Below are positions 28,206-35,837 of a DNA stretch of 39,623 nucleotides, piece by piece. Numbering within the stretch: position 1 is the stretch's first letter; every line of letters begins with the position of its first letter. Source of the DNA: a virus (Duplodnaviria > Caudoviricetes); the IMG/VR virus record IMGVR_UViG_3300020138_000012, positions 1 to 39,623 of that record, one strand, 5' to 3'. Both the position numbers and the translations under genes were made by a program. Under the pieces are notes generated by a model. That model saw nothing but the letters and a program-made list of their open reading frames with translations, did no database searches and had not been told where the DNA came from.

Positions 28206-28532
28206 GTGGCCGCAGCAGTCGTCCTGACGGGCGTCAGTGTCGAGGGGACCGCGTACACCGCGGTCACCTCAGTCACGCTCACCGAGGTGTACGTCGAGGC
28301 GTCACCCGGTCCCGCATCGCTGTTCATCCTGACCGGTGTTTCGGTCGACGCTTCGGCACCCGTCGAGGACGGCGCTCTCGTCGTGCTCACGGACTTCTAC
28401 GCCATCGGGCGTGCGCCGGAGCCGACGGGTGCGCTCCCGACGCTGTACCGCGTCGTGGGCGGGGAGGTCGTCGAGTTGGTCGATGCGCACATGTACGTCG
28501 TCAACGGCGCCGGCCTCGTTCCCGTCGTCTAG
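28206..28532 (+). CDS. Small repeat protein with four LT-x-V-x-V strands and two YxVxG motifs, 108 aa
   Basis: Starts 1 nt after the upstream stop; internal repeats are visible in the translation. Confidence 0.7.
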   Translation: MAAAVVLTGVSVEGTAYTAVTSVTLTEVYVEASPGPASLFILTGVSVDASAPVEDGALVVLTDFYAIGRAPEPTGALPTLYRVVGGEVVELVDAHMYVVNGAGLVPVV

Positions 28533-29122
28533 AACGGCGGCGGTGGGACGTCGACCAGCGCGTCCAGCGGAACCCACTGCCCCGACGTCGGCGGCGTCTC
28601 GAGGTAGCGCACCGCCGAACGAAGGATCTGGACGTCGTCGCCCGCGGCGCCCAGCAGGTCGTGGTTGCAGCGCTGGCAGCACAGCCCGCGCACCTGGCCG
28701 GTCCGGTGGTCATGGTCGACGGCGAGCGCGCGGCTGCGGGGTCGGCGTCGGCAGATCGCGCAGCGTCCGCCCTGCAGCTCGAGCAGGTCGTCGTACTCCT
28801 TCGCCGTGAGGCCGTACTTACGCGCGACGGCGCCGCTGCGGCCAACCAGGCGGGCGTGAGCTCGGCAGTACGTCCCCGTCGAGTACCAGTCCGGGACGAG
28901 CCCCTGGCAGCCCGCGCACCACTTCGTGCCTGCGGGCGCCTGGCCGCGCTGCCTGGCGACGAACACGTAGCCCGGGCGCGCTTCGTTGCGGGCGCGACGG
29001 CGCTGCGCCGCGGCGTCCTGCTCGACGACGGGCAGACGGGCCATCCGGTGCCAGCCGCACCGCTGGGACCGGATGGCGGCCGGGATCTCGCACCCCTCCT
29101 CGATGCACACTCGCGTCGTCAT
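28529..29122 (-). CDS. Endonuclease VII-family nuclease (Holliday junction resolvase-like) with N-terminal Zn fingers, 197 aa
   Basis: KYGLT..EYDDLL..QGGRCAIC...LAVDHDH.TGQVRGLCCQRCN signature. Confidence 0.92.
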   Translation of the reverse strand: MTTRVCIEEGCEIPAAIRSQRCGWHRMARLPVVEQDAAAQRRRARNEARPGYVFVARQRGQAPAGTKWCAGCQGLVPDWYSTGTYCRAHARLVGRSGAVARKYGLTAKEYDDLLELQGGRCAICRRRPRSRALAVDHDHRTGQVRGLCCQRCNHDLLGAAGDDVQILRSAVRYLETPPTSGQWVPLDALVDVPPPPF

Positions 29123-29337
29123 CGTCGCTGCGCCTCCCGCTCGAACTCGTCGACCCCACCCCATACGCCGTAGCGCTCTTGCCGCCCGGCGATGCGGCAC
29201 TGCACGATCACCGGACACCTTGCGCAGATCGCCTTCGCGGCGACGAACCTGCTCCGTCGATCCTGGCCGCGCTCGTTGTCCCCGGCGAAGAACACGTCAG
29301 GGTCCTCGCCGCGGCATGCTGCGCGCTCCTGCCACAT
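29119..29337 (-). CDS. whiB: WhiB-family Fe-S transcription factor, 72 aa
   Basis: WQERAAC..DPDVFF, AKAICARCPVIVQC, GVWGG; four Cys; AGGAGG RBS. Confidence 0.95.
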   Translation of the reverse strand: MWQERAACRGEDPDVFFAGDNERGQDRRSRFVAAKAICARCPVIVQCRIAGRQERYGVWGGVDEFEREAQRR

Positions 29338-29354
29338 CGCTACCTCCTGGTACA

Positions 29355-29395
29355 GCGTCGCCCCCGAGCCTCTCGGGCAGTCTCGGGGGCGACGC
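29355..29395 (-). terminator. Hairpin between the 29412-29912 gene and whiB
   Basis: 14-bp stem GCGTCGCCCCCGAG / CTCGGGGGCGACGC. Confidence 0.55.
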
Positions 29396-29411
29396 GGCTC
29401 GGTGGGGCCGG

Positions 29412-29912
29412 TCAGAACGGCTGGTCGAACGTCTCGTCGATGATCGTCCCGTCCGGCGCGTAGGCGGGCGTGGCGATCGGCTCCGGGGCCGACAGCGGCT
29501 CGGGGGTGGGCGGCTCGACCTTGGTGCGGCGCTGGCCGACGCGACGCGTCCGCGGCTTCGCCTCGGGCTCGGGTGCCGCGACCGGCTCCTCCCACGGGGG
29601 GGTGTCGGCGTCGATGTCGGCGTCCTGCCACGGCTCGGGCTCGGGCGGCGTGTCGCCGGCGTCCTCGACGACGGCGAGCTTCGGCGTCGGCGGCGCCGGG
29701 GGCATGTCGCTGGGCAGGACGACCGACGTCGGGTCGTCGTCGAACAGGGCGGGGTTCGTCCGGGCGTGGGCCAGCGCCCGCGCGGCGGCGTTCGCGTCGC
29801 GCTGCAGCTCGAGGTACTTCTCGCGGCTGGCGGACGCCTTCTTGGCCGCGGACTCCCACGCCCGCTCCGCGGCCTTCACGGCCTGCAGGGCGGACTTCTT
29901 CTCATCGGTCAT
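29412..29912 (-). CDS. Hypothetical protein: N-terminal coiled coil, Pro/Glu-rich disordered tail ending DETFDQPF, 166 aa
   Basis: GAGGAG RBS before ATG 29912; flanked by hairpins. Confidence 0.8.
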   Translation of the reverse strand: MTDEKKSALQAVKAAERAWESAAKKASASREKYLELQRDANAAARALAHARTNPALFDDDPTSVVLPSDMPPAPPTPKLAVVEDAGDTPPEPEPWQDADIDADTPPWEEPVAAPEPEAKPRTRRVGQRRTKVEPPTPEPLSAPEPIATPAYAPDGTIIDETFDQPF

Positions 29913-29950
29913 GTCGGTGCGCTCCTCACTGTCGTCGGTTACGGGTGGTC

Positions 29951-29986
29951 CACGCCGGGGCGCCCAGGGGTCGACGCCCCGGCGTG
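29951..29986 (-). terminator. Hairpin after the SSB gene
   Basis: 12-bp stem CACGCCGGGGCG / CGCCCCGGCGTG. Confidence 0.55.
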
Positions 29987-29994
29987 GGGATCGG

Positions 29995-30792
29995 TCAGAA
30001 CGGCGGCTCCTCCTGGCCCGCGCCGTTCGGGATGCCCTGCGGCGGCGCCTGCTGCGCGGGCGGCGCATAGTAGGCCTGCTGCTGCTGGACGGGCGCGTAC
30101 TGCGGCGGCGCCTGCTGCGGAGCGGGCTGCTGGACCGGCGGCGCCTGCTGCTGGACCGGCGGCGCCGCGTCGATGCGCGCGACGATCTGCGCCGGGGCGG
30201 CGCCGGGCGCGTAGTAGACCGCCTCGTAGCGGCGGATCTTCTCGCCGCCCTTCGGGTTCGGGTCTGCGCCGATGACCTTGACCCCGATGATCGAGTCGTT
30301 CGGGATGCCCTCGGCGAGGTTCGCGCCCGCCTTGGTCATCGCCTCGGCGACTGCGTCGCGCAGCGTGTACCACAGGTACAGCGTGCGGACGCCGTCGTCC
30401 TCCGCCGGGTTCGCGAGGCTCACCGTGCCGTCCGGGTGCTGCCGCTTCGGCGGCTTGCACCCCGCCCAGCCGCGCAGGCCGGTCTGGACCGCGACGGCGA
30501 TCTGGTAGAGCACCTTGCCGTTGCGGTCACGCTTCGGCGTAGCCTCGCCGGGGTCCGTCTTGGGAACCGGGCGGGCGCCGAGGACGCGGCCGATGACGGC
30601 GTTGCCGACGCTGCGCTGGTCGTCCCACGCGAACTTGAACGCCGGGCCACCGGGGCCGGACCCACCGGCCAGGAGGTCGCCGACGCTCGGCACGTCCTGC
30701 GGCGGCACCTGCCGGCCGGCCCACGGGTCCTGCGTGGGCTGCGCGGCCCACGGGTCCTGCTGCTGCGGGGGGGCTCCCCACTCATCGGTCAT
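29995..30792 (-). CDS. Putative single-stranded DNA-binding protein, 265 aa
   Basis: Beta-rich core (AFKF, QIAVAVQT, DDGVRTLYL, YEAVY), Gln/Pro-rich linker, acidic EEPPF C-terminus as in actinobacterial SSBs. Confidence 0.72.
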   Translation of the reverse strand: MTDEWGAPPQQQDPWAAQPTQDPWAGRQVPPQDVPSVGDLLAGGSGPGGPAFKFAWDDQRSVGNAVIGRVLGARPVPKTDPGEATPKRDRNGKVLYQIAVAVQTGLRGWAGCKPPKRQHPDGTVSLANPAEDDGVRTLYLWYTLRDAVAEAMTKAGANLAEGIPNDSIIGVKVIGADPNPKGGEKIRRYEAVYYAPGAAPAQIVARIDAAPPVQQQAPPVQQPAPQQAPPQYAPVQQQQAYYAPPAQQAPPQGIPNGAGQEEPPF

Positions 30793-30823
30793 CTGTTGCT
30801 CCGATCTTCTCGTTGAGAACTTG

Positions 30824-31021
30824 CTAGGAACTTACTGATTCAGGTCGGGGCCTGTCAAGCCCCGCACTGTCGACTCCCGCGCTCCCGGCTCCGCCGACCT
30901 TCCCGTCCACCGTAGGCGCAGGCGCCGCCAACGCCCGCTCCTGCATCTTCGAGATCTCGCGCCAGCGACCCGCCGCGACCATCTCGTCCCGGTACGCGCC
31001 GGGGCCGACGGGTGTGCATGT
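30824..31021 (-). pseudogene. Possible gene remnant, or a 52-aa CDS from ATG 30982
   Basis: Open frame with coding-like codons (AYRDEMVAAGRWREISKMQERALAA), bounded upstream by TGA at 31022-31024; weak RBS. Confidence 0.3.
30829..30858 (-). promoter_or_regulatory. SigA-type promoter TTGACA-N18-TAAGTT upstream of the SSB gene
   Basis: -35 at 30853-30858 and -10 at 30829-30834, in an AT-richer intergenic patch. Confidence 0.7.
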
Positions 31022-31054
31022 TCACCCCTGTGCTCACGACGAGCCCCGTCGGCG

Positions 31055-32242
31055 CTAGCTCGACGCCACCGGGACTCGGTCGAAAGGGATGCCCGTCGCC
31101 TCCGACAGGATCGCCCGAGCCATGAGCGGCGGGATCGCGTCGCCCACGCGCTGGTACTGCGCGGTCCGCGTCCCCGCTGCTTCCCACGGGTAGTCGGCGC
31201 GGAACGACTGCAGCACCCCCGCTTCCCGCACGGTCACACGGACCCCGTCGTTGCGCGACTTCGTCGACCTGTTGAAGCGGTTCGCCGTAGCGCCGGGATT
31301 CTGGACAATCCCCCTCCCGGCCACCGCTGTCGCCGGACGCTTCTCGGGCCACAGCTCGTCGAACGGCGTGCCCGACTGGTCGTTGAACCGCGCCCCCCCC
31401 TCCGGGTGCCGGAGCCAGTCGCCGGCCTCGAGCGCGTTGTAGACGATCTGCCTGGCCCGAGACCCCCCGAGAGCCATCGAATCTGCACCGCCCGCCTTCG
31501 TGCCGACGCTAATCGTGGGGTACGGGCGACCCGTCATCCCCCACGTCAACGCTTCCGCCATCGACACCCACTGCGGCACCCCCGGGTCGATGCGCCCGGG
31601 ATCACGCGAGTAGTACCTCGAGTGTGTCGCGGCAGGCTCGCCGACCTCACGGTCGAGCGACGCGATCAGGATGGCCCGGTTGCGCGTCTGCGGTACCCCG
31701 TAGCGCTCCGAGGTCATCGTGTCCGTCCACACGCTGTAACCGAGGTCGCGCAGCAGTGTCGCGTACGCCTGCCAGATCGGCAGCACGCCAGGCACCTGCT
31801 CGAACGCCACCCACCGTGGGCGGTGCCGCCGGATGACCAGCATCGGCTCGAGCACGAGCACCGAACGCACGTCGAGCTTCGCGTCGTGCACCGCGGCGAC
31901 GGCATCCTCCGGCGTCTCACCGTCGTACACCAGGCTCAGCGCCGAGACCAACGCCTCGAGGTGCGCGCGCCCCTCCCCCTTGCCCGCCGTGGAGAAGGTC
32001 TGGCACGGAGGTGACGCGATGTACCCGGACATCGACGGCCACGCATAGTCCCGCACCGCGGCGGACTGCACGTCCGCCACCCACCGCTTATGCCCGGCCG
32101 CGACGGCGACGCGCGCCGCCACCGACGGGTCCCTTGGTCCCGCGTACTCGACGCCTGCGATCACCCCCGGCAGGCCGAGCAGGCGGGCGCCCTCGTCCCA
32201 TCCCCCGGGTCCGGCGAAGTCCTCGCGGACGAACGGTGTCAC
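31055..32242 (-). CDS. DNA (cytosine-5) methyltransferase, orphan, 395 aa
   Basis: Motif I FAGPGG, IV SPPCQTFS, VI EQV, VIII PQTRNRA, IX REAGVLQSF, X VGDAIPP; GTG 32242 overlaps the upstream stop. Confidence 0.93.
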   Translation of the reverse strand: MTPFVREDFAGPGGWDEGARLLGLPGVIAGVEYAGPRDPSVAARVAVAAGHKRWVADVQSAAVRDYAWPSMSGYIASPPCQTFSTAGKGEGRAHLEALVSALSLVYDGETPEDAVAAVHDAKLDVRSVLVLEPMLVIRRHRPRWVAFEQVPGVLPIWQAYATLLRDLGYSVWTDTMTSERYGVPQTRNRAILIASLDREVGEPAATHSRYYSRDPGRIDPGVPQWVSMAEALTWGMTGRPYPTISVGTKAGGADSMALGGSRARQIVYNALEAGDWLRHPEGGARFNDQSGTPFDELWPEKRPATAVAGRGIVQNPGATANRFNRSTKSRNDGVRVTVREAGVLQSFRADYPWEAAGTRTAQYQRVGDAIPPLMARAILSEATGIPFDRVPVASS

Positions 32243-32541
32243 CACCACTTGTCCACCCCCAGGGCGTCGTAGCTGCGCATGTTCCAGTGCTGCGCGACGT
32301 CGTTCATCGCGTACCGGTAACCCTTGTGCCACACCTCACGCTGCGAAGGCGACAGATCCAACGGATCGCCCACGGGGTGAGGGTGTGACGCCCAGCGGGC
32401 GACCTCGTCGAACCCCTCGACCTTCCCCCGCCGCGTCACCTCGGCGAACAGGGCGTCCGCGTCCATGTCGGGTCGCGCGGTGAAGCACTCCCGGAGCTCC
32501 GCGGTGCTCATCGCCCGTAGCTCGATCTCGAACTCGGTCAT
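32239..32541 (-). CDS. Hypothetical protein, 100 aa
   Basis: MTEFEIELRAM...; coupled by 4-nt overlaps at both ends; GGAGG RBS. Confidence 0.75.
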   Translation of the reverse strand: MTEFEIELRAMSTAELRECFTARPDMDADALFAEVTRRGKVEGFDEVARWASHPHPVGDPLDLSPSQREVWHKGYRYAMNDVAQHWNMRSYDALGVDKWW

Positions 32542-33560
32542 CGCAGCAACCTCCACATCTCGTTCGCGACCTCCCGCATCTCGGGCGAGATCGGGTTCGT
32601 GCTCATCACCTCGGTGAGCTGCGCCCGCGTCGTGCACCGGGTGAGGGTCGCCAGATCGGGATCGAGGTGCTTGCCGATCGCCTTGCGGCCGACGCTGCGC
32701 GCCTCGAGCACCTGGGCGACGAGCGATGCGAACCGCCAGCCCTCCGCGATGTCCACGCGATGCAGCTCGACGGGTCCGCCAGGATTGCGGTCCACGTGAA
32801 TGATCCACCCGACCTCAAGGTCGACGGGGATCTCGCGATCACGACGCTCCCCGGTCTCCGGGTCGTACTCGCGCATCCGGCTGTACTCCGCAAGCTGAAC
32901 GGCGAACCCGATCCCGGCGAAGTCCATCGAGCCGGAAGTCTTGACGTCTCCGATGGTGTGCCTTCCGCAGAACCACATCGTGCGGTCCCACGTGCCTGCG
33001 ACGTGGTTGGTGTCCTCGACGCCGAACGTCTCGACACTTGTCGGCGTCCACCCCCAGCGCTTCCTCGCCTGCCAGTACGCATCGGCGCGCTCGCGGACCT
33101 CCGGGGACAGGTCGGACAGGTCGCCGCCCAGGTCGACGAGCTCGGTGGCGTGGTGGATTGCCGTCCCGAGCTTCGCCCAGCGGTACGAGCCGACCTCCTC
33201 CTCGGCCCTCTCGGCGACCGCGTCCCACGCCTTCTTCTCGCGACTCTCGCCGGGCTCGATCTCCGGGTTGTACGGCGCGCCGCCGTTCGGCCCGTTGCGC
33301 AGCGTGCCGCGCTGAAACCCCAGGAACACGCCGCGTGCGACCTGGCGCTTCTGCCACGCCACAAGGGCGTGCTTGTCCTCGATCTCCCCGCCGTAGTACG
33401 ACGATCGGAAGTACGGCACGAGACCAGCGTTCACCCCGGACTTGTACGCCAGGTGCCCCTCGCCGGGCAGCGGACGGATCATCGGCCACCCGTTGTGGTT
33501 GCGGGGGACACCGGCGCCATCACGCGGGTCGGGCGGCGAGAGCAGCTCGCCGACGGTCAC
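32538..33560 (-). CDS. PD-(D/E)xK exonuclease (RecB/Cas4-like phage recombination nuclease), 340 aa
   Basis: GTAIHHATE, VAGTWDR, IGDVKTS, QLAEYS motifs. Confidence 0.88.
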   Translation of the reverse strand: MTVGELLSPPDPRDGAGVPRNHNGWPMIRPLPGEGHLAYKSGVNAGLVPYFRSSYYGGEIEDKHALVAWQKRQVARGVFLGFQRGTLRNGPNGGAPYNPEIEPGESREKKAWDAVAERAEEEVGSYRWAKLGTAIHHATELVDLGGDLSDLSPEVRERADAYWQARKRWGWTPTSVETFGVEDTNHVAGTWDRTMWFCGRHTIGDVKTSGSMDFAGIGFAVQLAEYSRMREYDPETGERRDREIPVDLEVGWIIHVDRNPGGPVELHRVDIAEGWRFASLVAQVLEARSVGRKAIGKHLDPDLATLTRCTTRAQLTEVMSTNPISPEMREVANEMWRLLR

Positions 33561-33805
33561 CACGGCGTCACCTGCTGGTAGGCCGTGTCGACGTCGACGC
33601 CGGCGGCGTGCATGCGGGCCAGGTGGTGCGCGAAGCGGAACGCGATCGGGAACTCGAACACCGGCAGGGAGATCCGCGTACCGTCCTCGTCCCACAGGAC
33701 CATGACCCGGTACGGGGCATCGCTCGAGGGGCCGCGAGCGACGACGGGGCGTCCGACGACCAGGTCGCCGACGCCGAGCTCGGACAGGGGAGCGGGGTAC
33801 CTCAC
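33557..33805 (-). CDS. Hypothetical protein, 82 aa
   Basis: GTGA-coupled at both ends. Confidence 0.7.
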   Translation of the reverse strand: MRYPAPLSELGVGDLVVGRPVVARGPSSDAPYRVMVLWDEDGTRISLPVFEFPIAFRFAHHLARMHAAGVDVDTAYQQVTPW

Positions 33806-34101
33806 GACGCGTCCCCCTGTCCGAGGACGAGGATCGCGTTCGCCGCCGTCGTGACGTCGCTCATGCTCACGGCTGTGGTGAAGTGCACCTCGATGGCGGC
33901 GTCGGAGACCTCCGCGCGGATGGCCGTCAGTGTGGCGCCCCGGCCGGGGTCGATGGACTCGAGCAGGGCGCAGAGCTCGTGCTCGAGCGTGTCGCGGCGG
34001 ACGATCGAGGGCATCGGCCCGAGGTCGTCGAGCGTCTTGAAGTGGCTTCGCGTCACGCCGCGGGGGTAGTGCGCCGTGACGCGTATGGTCAGGGGCTTCA
34101 T
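33802..34101 (-). CDS. Hypothetical protein, 99 aa
   Basis: AAGGAG RBS; fits the gene tiling. Confidence 0.75.
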   Translation of the reverse strand: MKPLTIRVTAHYPRGVTRSHFKTLDDLGPMPSIVRRDTLEHELCALLESIDPGRGATLTAIRAEVSDAAIEVHFTTAVSMSDVTTAANAILVLGQGDAS

Positions 34102-34122
34102 CTCGAGTGCTCCTTCGTGGGT

Positions 34123-34644
34123 CTACCGGGGCCACCCGGCATGTACATGTCTGAGCCGGACGTCCCACGGTCGCGCGTGACCGAGGACGTGCAGCTCGAT
34201 GAGGTCCTGCAGGGTGCCGTTGCCCTTGTCGGCTGACGGCTGCAGGGGTACGGCGTGGAAGTGGATCAGGTGCAGGGCGAGCCCGGCACGCAGCGCGGGG
34301 GTGTTGCGGCGCCCGGGCGGCGGGTTCGGCTCGATCTTCAAGATGCGGACCTTACCGAGCCGTGACTCGATCATCGCGACAGCCTCCTGGTCGGTCGGGA
34401 CCATCAGGTCGACCACCTTGCTGCCGGGGAGCTCGACCTTGGCCTCCTCTCCGGCGGGGCCGACCAGGGTGGCGCGGTGCGGGTCGTCCCCGTCGATCCC
34501 CGCGACACGGGCGTCCATGCGGGTGGCGCCTGCTGGGATCGGTGGCGCCCAGTGCTTGGTCCGGACGTACCAGACCTTGCCATTCGCATCGGCGATGTAG
34601 GAGTCAGGGCTGACGGCCCACCATGCCGTCGGGACGGGGATCAC
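34123..34644 (-). CDS. Hypothetical protein with His-rich C-terminus, 173 aa
   Basis: GTG 34644 coupled to the upstream stop; HLIHFH...LIELHVLGH...HVH. Confidence 0.7.
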   Translation of the reverse strand: MIPVPTAWWAVSPDSYIADANGKVWYVRTKHWAPPIPAGATRMDARVAGIDGDDPHRATLVGPAGEEAKVELPGSKVVDLMVPTDQEAVAMIESRLGKVRILKIEPNPPPGRRNTPALRAGLALHLIHFHAVPLQPSADKGNGTLQDLIELHVLGHARPWDVRLRHVHAGWPR

Positions 34645-35024
34645 CTGGTGCGCCCGTTGCGGTAGCAGGTGGCGCAGTACCCGGCGGCGTGCTGGCGCAG
34701 GGTGCCGGGGAAGTCCTCGATCGAGGTGTGCAGTGGGCGCACGAGCCGGCCGCATCCGGCGCTGCAGGGCCGCGGGGCGTCCGCTCCTGACGGGAGGGTG
34801 CGCACCCGGGGGGTGCCGCGGGTCGTGAGTGCCCCCGCAGGAGCCGGAGAGCGCCCCCCTGGCGGCCTTTCCGGCGTCCGGGGTGCCTTCGTGGCGGCGG
34901 GCTTGCGCGGGCGGCTGCGCGCCTCGATCTGCGACTGCGTCGCGGCGGCGTCCAGCTCGGCGAAGTACCGGGCGCGCTGGGACTTCGCGGCCATGCGGGC
35001 GCGGAACTCCTCGACCTTGTTCAT
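34641..35024 (-). CDS. Hypothetical protein with C-terminal Zn finger, 127 aa
   Basis: CSAGC...HAAGYCATCY; AAAGGAG RBS before ATG 35024. Confidence 0.78.
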   Translation of the reverse strand: MNKVEEFRARMAAKSQRARYFAELDAAATQSQIEARSRPRKPAATKAPRTPERPPGGRSPAPAGALTTRGTPRVRTLPSGADAPRPCSAGCGRLVRPLHTSIEDFPGTLRQHAAGYCATCYRNGRTR

Positions 35025-35049
35025 CCGACTCTCCTTTCGATGCCCTGGG

Positions 35050-35078
35050 ACGCTACACTCCTCACAACAAGTTAGCAA
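35050..35078. promoter_or_regulatory. Overlapping divergent promoters
   Basis: Leftward TTGCTA (35073-35078)-N17-TAGCGT (35050-35055); rightward -10 TACACT (35054-35059). Confidence 0.55.
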
Positions 35079-35098
35079 GATCCGACTAAGGAGACGAG

Positions 35099-35257
35099 AT
35101 GCCGCTGCAGCCCGGATACGGCCAGTACCCGATCAACAAGTCCATCGTCATCAGCACACAGATGAACGAGCGGATCGCGCAGATCGCCGCAGCCCGGCAC
35201 GTGTCGCACTCCGAGGTCATCCGCGAGGCGCTCGAGCGTGGCCTGCAGGACGACTAG
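35099..35257 (+). CDS. Ribbon-helix-helix (CopG/Arc-like) DNA-binding protein, 52 aa; absent from the ORF track
   Basis: Manual translation MPLQPGYGQYPINKSIVISTQMNERIAQIAAARHVSHSEVIREALERGLQDD; TAAGGAG RBS; beta strand followed by S.SEVIREAL helix. Confidence 0.85.
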   Translation: MPLQPGYGQYPINKSIVISTQMNERIAQIAAARHVSHSEVIREALERGLQDD

Positions 35258-35532
35258 ACCTCGTACGGCCAGGACGCCTCGAACTCCTCGAACGTCACTC
35301 GCGGGTCACGCGACCAGAACGCCAGCAGCTCCTCCGACGCGTACGCGCGTGTCCGTGTCGCCGGTCCCATGAACAGCGAGAACGACGACACCCCGGCCCG
35401 CCGTCCCCGGCGGTTCAGCAGCACCCCGTCGCACTCGTCGATCGCACGTCCGTACTGCGCCTCACGGAACACCTCGTACGCGTCGCGGCACACCCTCCAC
35501 TGCGTCATCGCGCGCGACACCACGCCGCTCAC
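35254..35532 (-). CDS. Hypothetical protein, 92 aa
   Basis: GTGA-coupled to the HNH gene; GVLLNRRGR..G..SLF.G...AYASEEL..FW...PRVTF pattern. Confidence 0.75.
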   Translation of the reverse strand: MSGVVSRAMTQWRVCRDAYEVFREAQYGRAIDECDGVLLNRRGRRAGVSSFSLFMGPATRTRAYASEELLAFWSRDPRVTFEEFEASWPYEV

Positions 35533-35837
35533 CGCAGCCGCCACGGCTCACGCGGGTACGGGCGCCGACGCGCAGCCGCCGCCGCTGCCTTCGCCTCGTT
35601 CCCCTCGCGGGACGACTTCTCCGCGTGGTGCGGCCCGCACAGCGACGTCAGGTTCTCCATGCGGTGATCGTCCCCACGCACCATGTGATCGACCTGCGTC
35701 GCCGTCCCCAAGCACCGCCCCAGCACCGTCTGACGGGTGCACCGGTACCCGTCGCGGCGCAGCACCGCCGCCCGGATCGCCGACCAGTCGGGGGGCAGGC
35801 GGTCGCGCCGGTCCGACCCGGCCCACCCGCCGCTCAT
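35529..35837 (-). CDS. HNH endonuclease (HK97 gp74-like), 102 aa
   Basis: W..IRAAVLRRDGYRC...C...ATQVDH...DDH..ENL.SLC..HH..KS. Confidence 0.92.
   Translation of the reverse strand: MSGGWAGSDRRDRLPPDWSAIRAAVLRRDGYRCTRQTVLGRCLGTATQVDHMVRGDDHRMENLTSLCGPHHAEKSSREGNEAKAAAAAARRRPYPREPWRLR

Noticed and set aside
30855-31352. 165-aa minus-strand ORF from the track
   Set aside because: Mostly overlaps the methyltransferase in another frame and has non-protein-like composition
32538-33560. Cas4-like nuclease as part of a CRISPR-Cas system
   Set aside because: No other cas genes or array; stand-alone PD-(D/E)xK exonucleases are normal in actinophage replication arms
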